Shown: positions 14,460 through 26,224 of the stretch, piece by piece
Layout of the letters: every line of letters starts with the position of its first letter
How positions within the stretch are numbered: position 1 is the stretch's first letter
From: Eledone cirrhosa
Lineage: Eukaryota
DNA: 64,000 bases
Assembly: GCA_964016885.1 (NCBI GenBank)
Contig: OZ024743.1
Coordinates: 371,132,001-371,196,000 of the forward strand
Reading direction: 5' to 3'
Notes under the pieces: model-generated
Told to the model about the DNA's origin: nothing
The model's database searches: none
What the model saw: the letters and a program-made list of their open reading frames with translations, nothing else
Made by a program: the position numbers and the translations under genes

Positions 14460-14596
14460 GTATATATATATATGTATATATATATATACATATATATGTA
14501 TATATATATATACATATATATGTATATATATAGATATATATATATACATATATATGTATGATGATAATAATGGAGCTGCGGGGCTGCAAATGGGTT
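14117..14596. repeat. ~480-bp fold-back: ~45-bp unique arms plus a mirrored TA microsatellite
   Basis: AACCCATTTGCAGCGCCGCAGCTCCATTATTATCATCATACA at 14117 and its reverse complement (one mismatch) ending at 14596. Confidence 0.85.
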
Positions 14597-14763
14597 ACAT
14601 ATGAAAAAGTTTGTCCTCATCAGTGACCTTCCAACCGTCCCAGGCATTTCGTCGCATTAAAGGCCATATACCTCAGGTTGGTGCGAGCAACGGCTAAAAA
14701 AAGTCGTTGGGACACGTAAATAAGGGGGATGCTAGGGTAAACAAACAAAATGGTTACATATAT

Positions 14764-16765
14764 ATGGGTAAGGCGGCTGGGCCTTCGGAAATAGTTGCTG
14801 AGATGTTGAAGGCATCTGGCACGGTGGGACACACCATGGTCACCCGGATAGTTAACCAAGTCGTACAGAATGGGGTTGTTCTGAAGGACTGGCATAGCAG
14901 CATCATCGTGAACTGTTATAAGGGTAAAGGAGATGACCTGGATAGGAGTAACTATAGAGGCATTAAATTAATCGACCAGGTCATGAAGGTCACGGAAAAA
15001 GTAATAACGCAACTAATCGGAGAGAGAATTGACCTAGATGAAATGCAGTTCGGGTTTGTGTCAGGCAAAAGTACCACAGACGCTCTTTTCATTGTACGAC
15101 AACTACAGGAGAAGTACCTAGCTAAAGGTAAACCCCTCTACTTAGCTTTTGTCGACTTGGAGAAAGCCTTCGACAGAGTCCCCCGTTCCATTATCTGGTG
15201 GGCCCTTAGAAAACTAGGTGTCGACGAATGGCTTGTGAGAGCTATACAAGCCATGTATAAAGAAACAGTCAGCAAGGTTAGAATTAACAACGAATATAGT
15301 GAAGAGTTTAGCGTAAAAGTTGGCGTCCATCAGGGCTCTGTTCTCAGCCCCCTACTATTTATTATTGCCCTTCAGGCTATAACAGAGGAGTTCAAGACCG
15401 GCTGCCCATGGGAACTCCTATACGCAGACGACCTGACACTCATAGCTGAATCAATGGCCGAGCTAGAGAAGAAATTCCAAACATGGAAGCACGGCCTAGA
15501 ATCAAAAGGCCTTAAAATTAACCTGGCTAAGACTAAAGTTCTAGTTAGTAGGAAAGAAAATAAGGCGGCGGTCCCTTCCGGGAAATGGCCATGCTCAGTG
15601 TGTAGGAAAGGCGTAGGTAGAAACTCCATTTTATGTCCCAAATGCAAAGTATGGGTGCATAAAAGATGTAGTGGGATCACAGGTAAGCTAACTAAGAACA
15701 TAGATTTTACATGTGGCCGGTGCTCTGGTACAATAAGTAGCAGCAAGTGCCCACAAAATACTAGCTCTTACAAACTGCGCAGAGGGCTCTATAGAAATAG
15801 TGGACAGCTTCCGTTACCTGGGTGACAAAATCAGCAGTGGGGGAGGGTGCTCTGAAAGTACAGTAGCTAGAGTCAGAACTGGATGGAAAAAGTTCAGAGA
15901 GCTTATACCACTATTAGCCGCTAAAGGGTTCTCCCTAAAAATGAAAGGCAGGTTGTATGATGCCTGCATACGAACAGCAATGTTGCATGGCAGTGAGACC
16001 TGGGCATTGTGTGCAGAGGATATACGCAGACTAGAGAGGAACGAAGCTTGCATGCTCCGCTGGATGTGTAATAGTAATATACGTGAACGGCAAAGCATAA
16101 ACGAACTAAGGAAAAAATTAGAAATAAGAGGGATCAGATGTTGTTTACTCGAGAGAAGGCTACGTTGGTATGGACACGTGATGCGCATGAAAGTCGATAG
16201 CTGTATAACAAAGTGCAGGGCAATAAAGATAGACGGTAGCCACGGAATAGGCAGACCTAGAAAAACCTGGGACGAGCTGATAAACTCCGACCTCACACAC
16301 TTACACCTCTCCAAGACAATGTCACTGGACCAAGACCTTTGGCGGTACTCAGTAATAGAGAAGACCCGCCTTACCTAAATACAAAGTAAAACCTACTACA
16401 GCCAGTAGGCATCTCTAACAAAATACACCCCGTCCCACCACCCCCACCCCATCCACACCACCCCCTTCTATGTAAAGTTATGTTGGTGCCACACCATCCA
16501 GGCCGAAACAAATGAGATCGTGTAGGTGTCACGACAAAAAAACACACAGTCCACGCTGTAATGTGGCCGTGTAGGCAACACGGTAAAAACCTCCCAGACC
16601 CACACTGTAAATGTGGTTGGTGTTAGGAAGGGCATCCAACTGTAGAAAACCTGCCAGACAGTCCTATGCGAGCAAGACAATCACTATTGCCTCAAGTGGG
16701 AATACCCCCGTCCAAACCCATGCAAGCGTGGAACACGGACGTTAAACGTTGATGATGATGATGAT
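14764..16765 (+). mobile_element. RTE (BovB-like) LINE, 5'-truncated, one frameshift near 15770
   Basis: ORFs 14707-15825 (GKAAGP, NYRGIKL, YADD, Cys-rich finger) and 15800-16378; 3' UTR and (GAT)n tail. Confidence 0.94.
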
Positions 16766-16872
16766 ATATATCTCTCTCTCTCTATACATATATATGTATA
16801 TATATCTCTCTCTCTATATATATATATATACATATATATGTATATATATACATATATATGTATATATATATA

Positions 16873-19800
16873 TGTCCTGGGTATGACATTAAACTACATC
16901 CAGTGGCAAGGCTCCAGTTCGGGAGTTCAGGAGATGTGGGGAATGTGGAGTTACCCCTTAGTTGTCATGACTCCCAGGTCTGCCCTGGCCCGGGGTGGTA
17001 GTACCTGTTAGGGCTCCATTTATGGGTTAAATAACTACCTTATTCGAGTGGCGCCGGTAAGGTATTGTCAGCCATTGAAAAGAAATATGGAGAGTCGATC
17101 TAACAGCACTAGGGTTAGAGCCCCTAATTACACTGTCAAGGAGCAGCCTGGTCGTTATGACTCTGCTGGCTTAGAGCCACAGAGAGGGCCAGTGGATGAT
17201 GGATCAGCTGTCTCTGAGACAAATATAAAGAATGCAGTTTTGTCCTGCAGAAGAGCCATCAAAATGGGCACTTTGAATGTGAGGACTATTCGAACGCTGG
17301 AGAAGAGAGAGGAGTTGGGACATCTGTTCGAGGAGAGTGGTATACAGATACTTGCGATCCAAGAACACAGGATTCTACACGATGAGCCCGTGAGGAGTGT
17401 GATGATCGGGAGGAAGAGCCAGCTCATCACTACATCGGCAGTGAAGAACACAACAAATGCTGCAGTAGGAGGAGTGGGTTTTGTGTTCAGTGCAAAAACC
17501 AATCTGTTGGTGAGGGAAATAATGCCTATCTCCCCGCGAGTGTTGAGGGTGACCTTCAATGGAAACCCAAGACTGACAGTCATCTCAGCCTATAGTCCAA
17601 CCGAGGGGGACAGTGATGTGAATGCCGAGGAGTTCCATGAGGAGGTGTGTAGAGCTGTCAACACCACTCAGGCACACAATATCCTGCTTGTTTTGGGGGA
17701 CTTCAATGCACATCTGAGTAAGGAGGGCAGTGAAGATCCTTGCTGGTACTTCCATAACAACACCAACCAAAATGGAAGACTACTGAGAGACACCCTGCTG
17801 GAGGCGAACTTGATGGCGACCAACCTAAGGTTTAGGAAGAATCTGGGGAAGATGTGGACCTACATCTCAGATATGCACCTGTCCAAGTCCCAGATTGATT
17901 TCATTCTGGTGAGGAAAAAGTGGCGGAATAGTGTTCTGAACACGGAACCATACAGCTATTTCAGTACACTGGGTAGTGACCACCGGCTTGTTATGAGTGA
18001 GGTCCGCGTGAGCTTAAGAAAGAGCAAGGCTCAGCCCCGGAGAACAATCTATGACTGGGGAGCTTTCAAGGAAGATGATAAGCTACAGGAGAGGTTCACA
18101 GTGGAAGTGAGAAACAGGTTTAGTGCTCTGTGTGGAGAGTCAGAGGAGAGAGAGATTGGATGGACTGAGGAGAGTGTGACGAGGAGGTACGGGCACTTCA
18201 CCAATGCAGTGGCGAAAGCAAGTGAAACCCTGGTGCCGAGGAAAAAGAACAAAGGGAAGCACGTCAGCTCTGCAAACCCAAAGGTGTGTGCAGCCAGAGA
18301 ACACCTGAAAGCTGCCAGGGACCAATTCTATGCTGATCCTACGGAGGAGAGGATGGAGACTGTGGAGGTGATGAGGGAAGAGCTCTGTACCGCTTACACT
18401 GAGGTCAGAGAGGAGGCACTGATAGAGAAGATCAGAAGTGTGGAGAGAGCGGTTGACAGATCTGGATGTAAGGAGAGCTGGAAGATCATCAACAAGATCA
18501 CAGGGAGGAAGAAAAGGTGTTCGAGTCAGATCCAGGGAACGGGGCCCGAGGATAGGAAGAGGAAATGGCTAGACCATTTTAGGACCCTACTAGGAGAGCC
18601 ACCCTCCACAGCCCAGAGCACTGGGGAGATCAGGCGGCTGTTTGAGGAACTGGATGTTGAGACAGAGCCCTTCACCAGAGAGGAGCTTCAGAGAGCCAAG
18701 AAGAAGATCAAGGAGGGCAAGGCTCATGGAGAGGATGGAGTGGCATCAGAGGTGATGAAGAGGTGTGATTTTGATGATATCATCCTGGGGTTCTGTAACG
18801 GGGCACTGGAGAAAGGAGTTGCCCCGAATCAGTGGAGGATCAGTAACATCGTCCCAGTGCCAAAGAAGGGAGATCTCTCTAACACCAACAACTACCGGGG
18901 GATCTCACTGACGTCACTTGTGGCAAAGAGCCTTAACAGGATCCAGCCTGAGATGGAGAAGAAGCTCAGGGACAACCAGAACGGCTTCAGAGAGGGTAGA
19001 TCAACCACCAGTCACATCCTGATGCTGAGGAGGATATTAGAGGGAGCTAGAGCAAAGTGCCTTCCTGCGGTTATGGTTTTCATTGACTTTAGGAAGGCCT
19101 TTGATTCTGTGGACCGTTACTGCCTGATGAAGATCTTACAGGCTTATGGAATCCCCAAGAGGATAGTGGACCTGATATCACTGCTCTACACCAACACCAA
19201 AGCCCAAGTCATTACACCTGATGGGATGACAGAGTTCTTTGAGATACTGGCTGGAGTACTCCAGGGAGATACATTGGCTCCCTACCTTTTTATCATCGTA
19301 GTGGACTATTGTATGCGCCTTGCACTGGAGAAACACCAGGACACTGGCTTTACTGTAGCACCGGCTCAGAGCAGGAGAGTTGGGGCGAAAAAGGTATCGG
19401 ATGCTGAATTTGCTGACGACATAGTTTTGGTGACAAATACAGTGAAGGAGGCAGAGGATTTGATGCGGGAGGTTGAGACTGTGTCGATGAGTGTGGGGCT
19501 GAGAATGAATGAGACTAAAATAAAATATCTGGTAGAGAATGTTGAGAAGCCAGAGGGGATCACTAATGTAGGCGGGAAGCCGCTGGAATTGGTTGAGGAC
19601 TTCCTGTATTTGGGAGCAAAGATTGGGAATACGGAAGATGATGTGGTTGAGAGGAAGAGCAAGGCCTGGGCGGCGTGTCACAGCTTGAGGTCGGTGTGGA
19701 AGTCAGACCTTCGTAGAGACCTGAAAATCCGCCTCTTCATTGCTGTAGTGGAGTCTGTGCTGCTGTATGGGTCTGAGACTTGGACACTGACCAAGAGACT

Positions 19801-20172
19801 CACTCAGATGGTGGATGGGTGCTACACGAGAATGCTGAGGATGGCTCTGAACATTAATCAGTATACACTGAGGATGAAAAACTCAGAGCTGTATGGGAGC
19901 ATCCCAAAAGTCAGCTCAAAAGTGACACAGAGAAGACTGAGGTTGGCTGGACATGCTCACCGACATCCAGAGTTGACATTGCACTCAGTGCTCCTTTGGG
20001 AGCCCCTACATGGACACACTAGAAGAGGAAGACCAAGGTTAACATATGTTGATGCCCTAAGGACAGACACTGGTCTGTTGGAGATGCAGGATATGGCAGC
20101 GATAATGAGGGACAGAGACTGCTGGAGAGAACTCGTCCATGGATCTCGGGAATTTTACCCGCCTTAGATAGA
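16873..20172 (+). mobile_element. Apparently full-length RTE-clade LINE inserted in (TA)n
   Basis: ~210-bp 5' UTR, single APE+RT ORF, essentially no 3' UTR (ORF stop followed by ATAGAT into TA). Confidence 0.92.
17048..20167 (+). CDS. RTE retrotransposon polyprotein: AP endonuclease + reverse transcriptase (first ATG at 17087)
   Basis: Uninterrupted 1039-codon ORF with [66 protein letters not shown] and GRPR. Confidence 0.92.
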   Translation: MAPVRYCQPLKRNMESRSNSTRVRAPNYTVKEQPGRYDSAGLEPQRGPVDDGSAVSETNIKNAVLSCRRAIKMGTLNVRTIRTLEKREELGHLFEESGIQILAIQEHRILHDEPVRSVMIGRKSQLITTSAVKNTTNAAVGGVGFVFSAKTNLLVREIMPISPRVLRVTFNGNPRLTVISAYSPTEGDSDVNAEEFHEEVCRAVNTTQAHNILLVLGDFNAHLSKEGSEDPCWYFHNNTNQNGRLLRDTLLEANLMATNLRFRKNLGKMWTYISDMHLSKSQIDFILVRKKWRNSVLNTEPYSYFSTLGSDHRLVMSEVRVSLRKSKAQPRRTIYDWGAFKEDDKLQERFTVEVRNRFSALCGESEEREIGWTEESVTRRYGHFTNAVAKASETLVPRKKNKGKHVSSANPKVCAAREHLKAARDQFYADPTEERMETVEVMREELCTAYTEVREEALIEKIRSVERAVDRSGCKESWKIINKITGRKKRCSSQIQGTGPEDRKRKWLDHFRTLLGEPPSTAQSTGEIRRLFEELDVETEPFTREELQRAKKKIKEGKAHGEDGVASEVMKRCDFDDIILGFCNGALEKGVAPNQWRISNIVPVPKKGDLSNTNNYRGISLTSLVAKSLNRIQPEMEKKLRDNQNGFREGRSTTSHILMLRRILEGARAKCLPAVMVFIDFRKAFDSVDRYCLMKILQAYGIPKRIVDLISLLYTNTKAQVITPDGMTEFFEILAGVLQGDTLAPYLFIIVVDYCMRLALEKHQDTGFTVAPAQSRRVGAKKVSDAEFADDIVLVTNTVKEAEDLMREVETVSMSVGLRMNETKIKYLVENVEKPEGITNVGGKPLELVEDFLYLGAKIGNTEDDVVERKSKAWAACHSLRSVWKSDLRRDLKIRLFIAVVESVLLYGSETWTLTKRLTQMVDGCYTRMLRMALNINQYTLRMKNSELYGSIPKVSSKVTQRRLRLAGHAHRHPELTLHSVLLWEPLHGHTRRGRPRLTYVDALRTDTGLLEMQDMAAIMRDRDCWRELVHGSREFYPP

Positions 20173-20436
20173 TATGTATATATATATATCTATATATATA
20201 CATGTATATATATACATATATATGTATATATATATATCTATATATATACATATATATATTTACATATATATGTATATATATATATACATATATATGTATA
20301 TATATATATACATATATATGTATATATATATATGTATATATATACGTATATATATATATACATATATATGTATATATATATATGTATATATATACGTATA
20401 TATATATATATACGTATATATGTATATATATATATA

Positions 20437-20700
20437 TCTATCTAAGGCGGGTAAAATTTCCGAGATCCATGGACGAGTTCTCTCCAGCGGTCTCTGTCCT
20501 TCATTATCGCTGCCATATCCTGCACCTCCAACAGACCAGTGTCTGTCCTTAGGGCATCAACATATGTTAACCTTGGTCTTCCTCTTCTAGTGTGTCCATG
20601 TAGGGGCTCCCAAAGGAGCACTGAGTGCAATGTCAACTCTGGATGTCGGTGAGCATGTCCAGCCAACCTCAGTCTCCTCTGTGTCACTTTTCAGCTGACT
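20437..20700 (-). mobile_element. Inverted 3' fragment of the adjacent full-length RTE
   Basis: Reverse complement of ~19909-20172 with a few substitutions (ORF 20442-20687). Confidence 0.9.
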
Positions 20701-20742
<42 letters not shown>

Positions 20743-20761
20743 CGTATATATGTATATATAC

Positions 20762-20821
<60 letters not shown>

Positions 20822-20848
20822 GTATATATATATATAGATGTATATATA

Positions 20849-21340
20849 CGGATAAAATGAAACAAAATTTCATTTCCCACTCTTAGTACGGCTGTTACTT
20901 AAATATAAGTATGTACACATACATACATATATGTATACAGACGTACAGTAGTATGTATATATATATACATACATGCACACATATATATATATGTACGTAT
21001 GGATTCACCGAACATTTATTATAACGCTCGGTGTGTTTGTAAACAAACATCCCGTATTATGCTTTAGTGTCTAGCAACCATCGTTGCTCGTTTGTTCAAC
21101 ACTGACAAATGAGCGCTGTACTAGTTTTAAGCTTATTAGCTATCGTCAGCAACGTATACCTTCCTGCCTGATTGTTGAACGTATATACTTACCTTATGCA
21201 TATTAACAGCTGAGTAGCCCAATTTGCATATCGAGTGGGTTAATCGGCCGGGTGCACCGAAAACGATAAACGGAAAAAATGAAACGAAATTTCATTTCCC
21301 ACTCTTAGTACGGCTGTTACTTAAATATAAGTATGTACAC
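20849..21340. repeat. Unclassified ~422-bp unit with ~70-bp terminal direct repeat
   Basis: 20849-20917 is repeated at 21271-21340; a homologous copy lies at 30013-30430. Confidence 0.75.
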
Positions 21341-21485
21341 GTATATACATACATGCACATATATATATATATATATACTTATATATATATATATATATGT
21401 ATATACTTATATATACTTATATATATATATATATATACTTATATATATATATATATATATATATACGTATATATATATATACTTG

Positions 21486-21525
<40 letters not shown>

Positions 21526-22237
21526 CGTATATATATATATATACTTGTATATATATATATATATATATATACTTGTATATATATACATATATACATATAT
21601 ATATATACATATATATGTATATATATACATATATATATATATATACATACATACATATATATACTTGCAGAATTTATGTATTGTAGCGGTACTCTTATAT
21701 ATCGTATTAGTATTCATTTTCGGGATTCTGAATTAATATTTCATATTAGTTTCGGGACTCTGAATTATTATTTCGTATTAGGTTTTTTTTTAGTATTTTT
21801 GCCCCCTACATGTTGACCTGTCATTGTAAGATAGATTAGGCCGAGTACTACTAACTCATAAAATTCTTTCACTACAATCTCGTATTTAGTATCCCGCCCC
21901 ACCTATTAAACTTTTCTATAGTTTAGCAGTACCAGTGAGAGATTTGAGGATTGTGGTAGGGGAATAGTAACCAGAAATGGTGTTTTTTTATATTTTTAAC
22001 ATTCTTATTTTTCTATATAGATTTACTCCATATAGATCTACTTATTGTTTCGATTTCCCCCTCTTGACCTCTTATCCTGAGGATTCTGCTGTAGTCGTCA
22101 CTTTCAACGCACGACTGGGTTTCCTCCACTCCCTCTCTCTCTCTCTTCTACTGGCAAGTTCAGCTACCCCTTCCTTCCACAAAATGCCATGATAGAATTG
22201 TGTCTCAACAACAAACTTTTACCATATATGGAATATT

Positions 22238-22333
22238 ACCCCCTGAGAAGCTCGGCTATTCATTTACCAGAATAAAAATTTTCATTTAGACCAGAATTAG
22301 CCGTCGAAATGGCTTGAGCTCAGCCGTCGGGGT
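22238..22333 (+). ncRNA. Type I hammerhead ribozyme-like motif
   Basis: ACCCC-CTGAGAA-[CGGCTA..TAGCCG]-GAAA-TGGCT..AGCC-GTC-GGGGT: stems I, II and III pair, with a GUC cleavage triplet. The core deviates from CUGANGA. Confidence 0.6.
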
Positions 22334-22350
22334 CCTACTCATTCCTATAT

Positions 22351-22408
<58 letters not shown>

Positions 22409-22491
22409 ATAATAATAAATTTCAAGACTAAAATCCAAAGAGGGCTCGATAAGGATAAATATATATCAAATATATAAGAACCGTAGAGCAA

Positions 22492-23596
22492 ATATTTATT
22501 AAAATAACAGATTAAAGTTTAAGCAAAGAATCGCTGCTTTCACCCTTAACGGGATCTTCTGAAACTAACAAAGTCAATCTGTAAACGCAGAAGTGGATAT
22601 TTCAAAAAACGTTGCAACCGGAGGAAGACAGGAAGACGATACTTTGGTTCGTGGAGACATTCGCTGGCAAAGAACGGGAAAAAACGAATATAATACGTCA
22701 TTAATAGGAGCGGTGAAAAACAATTACGCGCAAAGGCAGAACCACGTTTATGGTATAAAAGAGGTCGTAGACTAATGTTCTCTTAGGTGGTGCATAGAGA
22801 CGTTCTCTGGCAATGAACGAAAAAACGAAGATAATACGTCATATGTGGAGCGTGGAGAACAATAGCACGCAAAGACAAAACCACATAAATGGTATAGCAG
22901 AAGTCGTAGACTAAAATTCTAACTAGGAGACCGAATGAATCTCCGCTACAGAGTTAAGAACAAAGTAAATAAATACATACACGCAAACAAATACGTACAT
23001 ACACAAGCATGCGCAAAACGATTACCATAGGTATACAAAACCACGCACATATAAATATGTGTATGTGTGTGTATGCGTGTATACAAATAAATAAATAATT
23101 ATATAAACATATATAAATAAATAAATACGTATATAACAAGCGCACACACATACCTACATGTAAATACACGAATGTTCGGAGACTTAAGTCAACCAAAACA
23201 TGAAATACACATACACACACACCCTACATACGTACGAACCTGCATACTCACACAGGTGCAAAACTCCCGAACCTGGTAAGAAACGTTTCGTTGAGGCTTT
23301 CCCGTCTTTCCACCAACGAGCATATTTTCAACGACCATTCCACTTATTACAATGAAGCTCTTGCTCGAAGTGGATTTGTCCTATTAATGACGTATCTTAT
23401 TCGTTTTTTCCCGTTCTTTGCCAGCGAACGTCTCCACGAACCAAAGTATCGTCTTCCTATCTTCCTCCGGTTGCAACGTTTTTTGAAATATCCACTTCTG
23501 CGTTTACGGATTGACTTTGTTAGTTTCAGAAGATCCCGTTAAGGGTGAAAGCAGCGATTCTTTGCTTAAACTTTAATCTGTTATTTTAATAAATAT
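22492..23596. mobile_element. Penelope-like remnant: inverted pseudo-LTRs around a short RT-thumb fragment
   Basis: 22492-22705 is inverted at 23378-23596. The central 23275-23377 encodes RNVSLRLSRLSTNEHIF...YYNEALARSGF. Hammerhead-like folds at 22516-22566 (-) and 23522-23572 (+). Confidence 0.75.
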
Positions 23597-23629
23597 ATAT
23601 ATATATATAATATAGTTTTAATATAGATG

Positions 23630-23680
23630 AGATTCTACAGGACTAGAACTGTTTCATTCTTTAGTAATCATCAGGAATCT
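23630..23680 (-). ncRNA. Type I hammerhead ribozyme-like motif
   Basis: Minus strand reads AGATTC-CTGATGA-ttactaaagaat-GAAA-CAG-ttctagtc-CTG-TA-GAATCT: canonical core, 6-bp stem I, 4-bp stem III, GUA triplet, weak stem II. Confidence 0.7.
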
Positions 23681-24375
23681 GGGTATCAAAAAATAAGTAT
23701 GGTATTTATAGGTCTCTACAAGTGGTAGGAGAGGGTGGGGAGTGGGATGGGTGTAGGTCATTGGTTGATAGAAAAGGGAATTCATTAAAAGCTAATTCTA
23801 CAAAGCCAACATGAACATTAAGGTTGCCAGCAATAATTATATAGTTACTGTTGGGTCTGGCAGGTAGTGAGCATTAGCGACTCATAGAACCTGTCTTTTA
23901 TAACATCTGGTAACCCGGACTGTGGTGCATAAGCAGAGATAATTGATACAGTTATCCTATTTAGAACTACAGGGAGGGGTGTGGGAGACGGAATTATGTT
24001 GGTCTTGGGCTTCCATATCTTATATAAAGAGGAGCACTTGCATGCTCATCCTGAAATGGGAGGTGAATTTATCTTTGTCGTTGTCATTGTGAATGTTCAT
24101 GTTCATGGCCCAATAACTACAGTGGGGGGGGGGGGGGGGGGTAGGAGGGAAAAGGTAACTTCCGGAAGACATACATGCTTAGCCAACATCATCATCATCA
24201 CCGTTTTACGTCCATTCTTCCACGCTAGATGAGTTGTCCTGTTGTGGGCAATGATAGGTCGTATATGCTCGTAATGTACTCATACATATATATATATAAT
24301 TATAAAGAACGGGGAATCAGTGTTGCATCATATCACATTTATTAACATATTACATATGTTTCTCTGTCGATCAGC

Positions 24376-26020
24376 TTGAGGCAAGATCTGTTACAGATCG
24401 AACCCGACTCTGCATTAGAGGGATCTTCAGATATGTTTTGTGTGTTCAAACACCTCAGCTGTTATTTATCTGTAGTGCATATTAGCATCCTGTTATTCCA
24501 GCCTTTTCATTGGTTTAATAATCCCATCCTGACATGGCGCGCTTTCCACCACAATAAAAAGACCTCTCAACATACACAGGATAACTCTGTTGCCTGCCTT
24601 AAACAGATTTTTAAATCTAGGAGACATCCACCACACAACGGATTACTGGAAGAATTTGAAAACCAAATCATTAATATGGTCCGGAACGTTAAATTTCGAA
24701 GGATTTTTACATGTAACAACACCTACCTCACAGAACTCAGCTCTTGGATTAAGCGCATGAAGCAGTGCCTGGATTTACTTGCACCATCGGATAAAACGGG
24801 TAACGTATACAGGCTTGACCACAATACATATAATGACTGCATTAGTAAAGAGATTAAGAAAAATTATAGGACCACGGGAGAAGACAACATTAACACAGCA
24901 ATCAAAAAAATAATGACAGAACTGGAAATAGACAATAGGACTGAGCCTTATGTACCTGCGAAACCGAGGGTATCTATTAAGGACCACAAGCCAGACTTTA
25001 GGATTTATCTCTCGGTTAGGTTAATAGCAGCCTCCAAGTCAGCAATAGATAGAGCCAGTAAGAATATAATAGCTAGAATGTTACTGGAACTAAGGACTGG
25101 AACTAAACTCAACTTATGAATCTCCACCAAAGAAGTGATAGACTGGTTCTCACTATTTGATAACAAACATTAAGTGAAATTCAGACAGTTGGACATAGCG
25201 AATAATTACGCATCCATATTCCCAGTAATTGTTAATGAGGCCTTCATGAACGCTATGAGTAAATCTAGCCTCACGAGAAGGGAAGTAGACATTATTGTAG
25301 TAGCGAGAAAGACACTAATACAGTACGACGATAGATTATGGGAATGGAAGGATAAACCCGATAGTTTTGACATAACGATGGGGTCAAGTGACGGATCTGG
25401 TGGGAATTTTCCTGCTCCAACGGCTGGCGGCGGAGATCCCCGGGGTGGACTATATAGAGACGATACTCTTTACCTACCGCTCGCTAAACCCTAACCAGAT
25501 GGAGTGTATGCGGAAACGCATTAGACATTTTTTTAAGCATCAAGGATTAATCATAGAGATAGACCCTAGCACAAGGACTGAACTTCCTGGATGTAACCCT
25601 GGAGCTTCATACAGGCATTCACCGGCCCTATCATAAGCCTAACTATAACTTAATAAAGCCTAACGGAAACACAGTAAATCAGACAAATACGGTAGATCTA
25701 GGAATAGCGAGAACATGAGGGTGGAAGGAGCGGATAAGCACAACACGGGTAACCAACATGATCCTATACCCACTACACATAGGCAACACAATAGGACTAG
25801 ATCTAGAAACATTACATGGTTCAATGCACCGTACTCTAAACACGTGCACACCAACATATCCGGAATTTTTTTTAGGGCACTAGATGAGTGTTACCCGGCT
25901 GCACACAGGTACCACAGGCTTTTCAATCACCACACAGTGAAGTTCTCTTTTTCTACTGCATCCAACATGAGTGACTATATAGCCAAAACCAACTCAGTGA
26001 AGATGAGAAACTTCGAACGT
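24376..26020 (+). mobile_element. Penelope-like element RT ORF, degenerate
   Basis: Fragments DKTGNVY, SIKDHKPDF, VRLI, QLDI..YASI, FDITMGS.DG, GLYRDD, NFLDVTL, RPYHKPN and RNITWFNAPYS, interrupted by stops and frameshifts. Confidence 0.82.
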
Positions 26021-26224
26021 CGCCGTCAACAGACGAGTGGTATTTCTGGAGTGCCAGGGAGAACACTTAGCGACATGGCCAACACTTGCGGCACAGACCC
26101 CACTGACAATAGACCCGCAGTGTGCCGGGACCTCGACAACCAGGCGACGCCGACCTTAAACGTGGAGTTCACTATGCCCGCAGATCGCTCGGAGGAGGTG
26201 AGGTGTGCGCCGAAACAAGGTCCC

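Noticed and set aside
14597-14700. Minus-strand CTGATGAG and CGAAA suggesting a hammerhead
   Set aside because: I could not form a consistent stem II and stem III in any of the three topologies.
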